This document shows, in pieces, positions 62,229-64,000 of a stretch of 64,000 nt of DNA. Location: positions 124,001-188,000 of the forward strand of contig NW_003314296.1 in the NCBI RefSeq assembly GCF_000143415.4, read 5' to 3'. Position numbers and translations under genes: made by a program. Positions within the stretch are counted from its first letter, which is position 1; the number at the start of each line of letters is the position of its first letter. This stretch comes from Selaginella moellendorffii (Eukaryota; Plantae; Lycopodiophyta). The notes below the pieces were generated by a model, which worked only from the letters and a program-made list of their open reading frames with translations, did not search any database and was not told where the DNA came from.

Positions 62229-62940
62229 GCATTTTCTCTATTGCCTCGCTCCTCGTGTCAAACTATCCTGAGCTTGGATCTCCTTGTGACGGTGCTGGCA
62301 TGCTTGTCAATCTAGTACTTTCTCACAGGTGAGACATTCTTTTAGCTTTCAGAACTTGTCAACTCCTGGTGCTCGCGATGCAGATCTCAACTTGTAGAAA
62401 TCACCATCCCAACTATCCTATGCATTTTAACGTTATTGTGCTCTGTTTTTGAAAAAAATCCATCATCAAGGTACTTGGTCTATTTTATTTGCTTTTTTCC
62501 AAAGGATTCCATCTGATACTGCAACGAGAAGCCGAGAATATGATTGTGGAGGCATAAATTGCCTTGTTGCTCGTGTTCCTCTCAACTGAAAGGTACTACG
62601 TCGCTCATATCAAACTTAGGCCAGCAATTCAAAGCTACTGGATGCTCTCTTCCGGTGGCACAAATTACGATTTATAAGTGGCATGGATTATTTTTTAATG
62701 ATCTTTTGGCTTTGATGTATATATTTACTCTCCTTTGGAGTGTGTATAATGCTGTAATATGAGGACCAGAAAGTCTCGAAATCTATAACATGGTGTTGGG
62801 AAAGTAATTCCAGGGAGAAGTTACATTAGATGATGAGAGCTACTGGTGCTTTCAAGAGTGATTCCATTTGAATGTACTAGGTTAACCGCAACTTTGGGGG
62901 ACGGAGCACGACAAACAATCGCCGAGAGATTGCCAGGGCT
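62229..62940 (+). pseudogene. Degenerate fragment of the WAPL 3' region
   Basis: Matches ~52050-52620 including introns (gcctcgctcctcgtgtcaaactatcct; aacgagaagccgagaatatgattgtggaggc; caatcgccgagagattgcc); interrupted by unrelated sequence at ~62620-62895. Confidence 0.82.
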
Positions 62941-63069
62941 TTGACACAGTTAGATCGCACTAAAGAGAAATAACTACACACCATTTGATCATCAAATTAA
63001 GGAGGTGGCTGACAAATCGAAAGTGAAAGAGAACTAGAGCTGTTATACAGATAAGTGGTGGAGGACTTT

Positions 63070-63385
63070 ACTGCTAACACTCTCTCCTGTTTAGCTGAGT
63101 CCTGCAACAGCTAATCAATCCTTGCTAGTCTGCTCGAAACACTAGTATCCTTTAGCTGAGTCCTCCTGGCTAATCTGCTGTTACGACTATGCCTGCTGCA
63201 AGTAATCTTCAACACCTCTATATCTAATTTGTTGCCAATCTCCTGCTACCAAAATACTAGTCTCCTTAGCTGAGCCCTCTTGGCTAATCTGCTACTATAT
63301 CTAAAGACAACATTCTTTCCTCTACCCGCTTCCTAGCTTCGGCTATACTTATCGGCTACTTCGGCTATACTTCGGCTATACTTCT
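63070..63385 (+). repeat. Degenerate repeats (TTAGCTGAG(T/C)CCT...GCTAATC x3; TTCGGCTATAC x3-4)
   Basis: Visible short direct repeats; origin unknown. Confidence 0.55.
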
Positions 63386-64000
63386 CTAAACACCTGCTCA
63401 ACCTGCTTCTACGTAACTAATCTTCATAGTCCATCCCAGTACTGGACTATGTCCTGCTCTATGGTTGCTGCTAACTTAATCCATGTCCTCTGCCCCCCAC
63501 ACCTGTTTGATGCTGCCTTCGTTACTTGACCACTTCTGCTTCGAAACTGCTGTGTAATAACTTCTGCTTCGAACGAAACGTGACCTGCTTAATAGGAAGC
63601 GAGGAAATAACAGGGCGTGAAGCGGCAGGGGAGCGAAGTGAGTGGCGCGGAGGAGGGAGGAACAAACAACATCAGCAGCGGCAGCAGCAGCAAGGACATA
63701 AAGTCTTACGCTTCTTGATGGGCACCACAAGACTATAAACATCGGCATGGTCTGTTGGGTAGAGGCCCTTGCAGATGAATCCACATTCCCATGTTGCCCT
63801 CCGCCATACAGGAACCATACGGAAAATAAGTCCTTCGCATTGTTGGCCAGCTTGGACAGCATGGGTTCCAAGTTCCAGCTCCACCATAAGCTATGTTCCA
63901 GCCCCACCATTTAGCAGCCTGTATAAAAAAAGACATAAAACGCTGAGAGATTGACAACGAAGAAACAAGGAAATCGAGAAACAATACCTTTTCATCTCGG

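Overview
Eukaryotic land-plant nuclear DNA. It is gene-dense with very short GT-AG introns (about 43-110 nt); this compactness and the PLS-PPR style suggest the lycophyte Selaginella (inference, not verified). Apparently intact genes: NUDX19-like NADH pyrophosphatase head-to-head with presequence protease PreP, a 3-exon secreted tyrosine-sulfated-peptide-like precursor, a WOX homeobox gene, an SDIR1-like RING-H2 ligase, a Crinkler-type REase + pseudokinase gene, a class III peroxidase, a PLS-E PPR protein, a DevT/TIGR04168-like metallophosphoesterase, eIF3g, a short ABCC transporter and WAPL. Two CYP78A paralogs carry different lesions. Mobile DNA: a decayed, internally inverted Ty3/gypsy element containing a young 595-bp Cassandra-type TRIM whose LTRs carry a 5S rRNA internal promoter, plus a solo LTR holding a satellite array. 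Several neighbouring genes also exist as deletion-riddled miniature copies (WOX+PreP; DevT-like, ABCC, PPR, WAPL). Best novelty candidates: the PSK/PSY-hybrid peptide precursor next to WOX, the 5S-bearing TRIM with compensatory helix changes, and the catalytically dead REase-kinase effector-like gene with a second decayed REase gene at the window start. Exon boundaries were read by eye; no database searches were run.
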